A DNA stretch of 39,784 nt from a candidate division WOR-3 bacterium (GTDB taxonomy: Bacteria; Hydrothermota; Hydrothermia; JBDRYB01), in contig JBMFOM010000006.1 of NCBI GenBank assembly GCA_049969615.1, positions 1 to 39,784 on the forward strand. Reading direction: 5' to 3'. The notes under the pieces are model-generated. The model was not told the DNA's origin and made no database searches. It was given only the letters and a program-made list of their open reading frames with translations. The first letter of the stretch is position 1. Each line of letters begins with the position of its first letter. Below, one piece after another: positions 37,840 to 39,784 of the stretch. Position numbers and translations under genes: made by a program.

Positions 37840-37880
37840 CTCATCTTTGACACCTCATTTTTCGTAAGTCATTGATAAGT
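37840..37880 (-). mobile_element. Possible insertion-sequence end remnant
   Basis: Minus strand ...TATCAATGACTTACGAAAAATGAGGTGTCAAAGATGAG begins where the methyltransferase similarity stops; recalls IS1634-type right ends from memory only. Confidence 0.35.
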
Positions 37881-38205
37881 ACGGCGGATCAATATAGACC
37901 AGCCTCACCCCTGGCGTCCCATCGGCGTTCTTCAGTTTCCCCTCCTGCTTCATTTGCAAGAGAGTCTTAAGCACCTGAAGGTTGTCGCCGAAGATGAGCA
38001 TATTCGTCCAGCCGTTGCCGCTTTCGCCATTTCGGAAGGTCTTGACCCTCTGCAAAGGGACGACCATCGTGTCGGCCAGGATGTCCTCCTCCCGCTCCTT
38101 GTCAGCGTAGATAAGTTCATACTCTTTCTTGGTGTCAAAGAGGATCGTCTTGTAATCCTCGGGCAAGGGCTTATCTTCCCTCTCTTGCTCCGAAAGTTTT
38201 TGCAT
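37855..38205 (-). pseudogene. Truncated beta-class/Mod-like DNA methyltransferase (N-terminal fragment)
   Basis: KKEYELIYADK, WTNMLIFGDNLQVLKTL, VRLVYIDPP, then a stop within 8 codons; no SAM-binding motif I. Confidence 0.85.
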
Positions 38206-38217
38206 AGCCGTTACCTC

Positions 38218-39784
38218 TCATTCTTGTCTCGTGTCCTCTGTTATACTAAATAGTTTTTTAACTAACCCATCGTTTTCTTTTTCTAATTTCTCAATCTCTT
38301 TTTCCTTACCTTCTATTTTAAGTTGATGGCATCTTTGGGAGATTTCAGCAAGTTTTTGGTGAAGCGGATTTTTAGGATCAAACTTTGGAATGCCCACATG
38401 CTCCATTACCGAAGGCGTGCCAAAACCCCGACCAGCAGAAGAAAATGATTTAATAAAATCCCGAACTGGTTTTGAATTGATAATAGCGCAGAGATAATGG
38501 GCTTCGGATTCATTGTCGGTAGCGAAAAATGATGTTGTATCCAACGGAATAGCAACTTTATAACCAAATAATGTTTTAACTTGCGATAAAACACAAGCAA
38601 AAATATCGTTACTCATTCTTTTCCACACAACTTTAAAATTTGCGAAGGTGTCCTTTGATATATTAAATTGCGTATAAAATGGTCTCCCTGCCTTTTGATG
38701 AAATTTTTTGTAAGCCTCTCGTTCTAAAAGTTCGGATTTGAAATTTATCAGATAACTATATGTCAAAGGGAAATTTAATTTTATAAATTCCTCGGTGAAC
38801 GGTTTAGTAGGAAGGATAGGATCATTGAGTATTAAGGTATAGACTGTTAAGGTATTACTCCATCTATTAATATCTGCCCCCCTAAACGATGGATAGATAA
38901 ACTTGCTTTCAATTTTTGCTTCAATTCCCTTAATTTGTTTCTTTCTTCTGCCTTCTGTGATATTTTTAACTAATAAATTTCCATCGCTGGTTAGATTTAT
39001 AATTCTGAACCAAAATATGCTGTATGGTTCTGTTCTTGCTCCAATCTTTGCCCTATAGTGATTTGAGCCAATAATCTGAGAAAAATCGCTTTCTGTTTCA
39101 AAATTTTGCCAAGCACTAACTTCTGAACTGATTGGCCTCGCTAACATTCTTTTCTTGTAAATTAAATTTGAAACTTCGTTTAATAATTTATCTGTGGCGA
39201 TTTTCCCAACGCCTTTTTTCTTGGTCCAAACAAAATATGGTAATGGATATTCTGTCTTTCCACCTCTTTTTAGAATAATAGCTGCGGTTTTATTAGCCGC
39301 TCCTTCAAATGGTTGAATAGAAACTAAATCATGGGCTTTTAATACTTTTAGATATTTTTTATCTCCCAATTGAAACCTTCTAAATCCTTCACCAGACCCT
39401 TTTGATTTAAAAACTTCCTGCGTAATTAAAAACCCCAATTTAGCTCCGTCTTTCAAATAATAGTCGGATGAAGCATAAACAAAAAGCATTGAAAAATCCT
39501 TCTTACCTCTACCGAGAGTATCTTTTGATTCTTTCATAATTGATAAACCATATAAATCCCACAAATTTTTAGTGGCTTCTCTATATTCTTTTGATAGATA
39601 TTCCCACCTAATCCAAGGTGGATTACCGACGACAAAATCAAATTTTCCGGCAATCATTGGTGCAGAGACGTTTTTCAAAAATCTTGCCCAAATGCCATTT
39701 TTGTGTTGTTTTTCAAGTGCTAAAATTTGATTATAAAAATCTTTTACAACTTGCTCATTGTATGGAAAAACTAATCCTTCTTTT
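38218..39784 (-). CDS. Eco57I/TaqI-like N6-adenine methyltransferase or type IIG restriction-modification enzyme, C-terminal part (5' end outside window)
   Basis: Frame is open to the window edge (KEGLVFPY...NGIWARFLKN); FDFVVGNPPW, KKDFSMLF, LGFLIT, KVVWKR, YLCAIINS; visibly AT-rich. Confidence 0.88.
   Translation of the reverse strand, partial: KEGLVFPYNEQVVKDFYNQILALEKQHKNGIWARFLKNVSAPMIAGKFDFVVGNPPWIRWEYLSKEYREATKNLWDLYGLSIMKESKDTLGRGKKDFSMLFVYASSDYYLKDGAKLGFLITQEVFKSKGSGEGFRRFQLGDKKYLKVLKAHDLVSIQPFEGAANKTAAIILKRGGKTEYPLPYFVWTKKKGVGKIATDKLLNEVSNLIYKKRMLARPISSEVSAWQNFETESDFSQIIGSNHYRAKIGARTEPYSIFWFRIINLTSDGNLLVKNITEGRRKKQIKGIEAKIESKFIYPSFRGADINRWSNTLTVYTLILNDPILPTKPFTEEFIKLNFPLTYSYLINFKSELLEREAYKKFHQKAGRPFYTQFNISKDTFANFKVVWKRMSNDIFACVLSQVKTLFGYKVAIPLDTTSFFATDNESEAHYLCAIINSKPVRDFIKSFSSAGRGFGTPSVMEHVGIPKFDPKNPLHQKLAEISQRCHQLKIEGKEKEIEKLEKENDGLVKKLFSITEDTRQE

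Overview
Bacterial chromosomal segment of moderate GC from a diderm organism (bamD, lptF/G-type permease). Four secreted proteins with T9SS-like C-terminal domains and a V/A-type ATPase suggest an FCB-associated lineage such as candidate division WOR-3; this is inference, not proof. Housekeeping genes include hemW, bamD, nadD, tsaD, trmFO, tadA, purB, rimI, a thiolase, a DASS transporter and V-ATPase I/K/E. Accessory content includes two GT-C-like membrane proteins, a TrmB-MTase-PD-(D/E)xK nuclease-MBL hydrolase operon, and an AT-rich restriction-modification island at the right edge with a truncated methyltransferase. The most notable structure is non-coding. Intergenic regions are mosaics of at least four dispersed repeat modules: a ~100 bp MITE-like element with 15 bp inverted ends, and modules that carry outward-facing sigma70-like promoter elements. 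About nine genes have a -10 hexamer 5-8 nt before the start codon and no Shine-Dalgarno, consistent with pervasive leaderless expression. TCGA looks strongly depleted. Two genes have apparent single-base frameshifts at GGG runs. I saw no rRNA, tRNA or CRISPR array.
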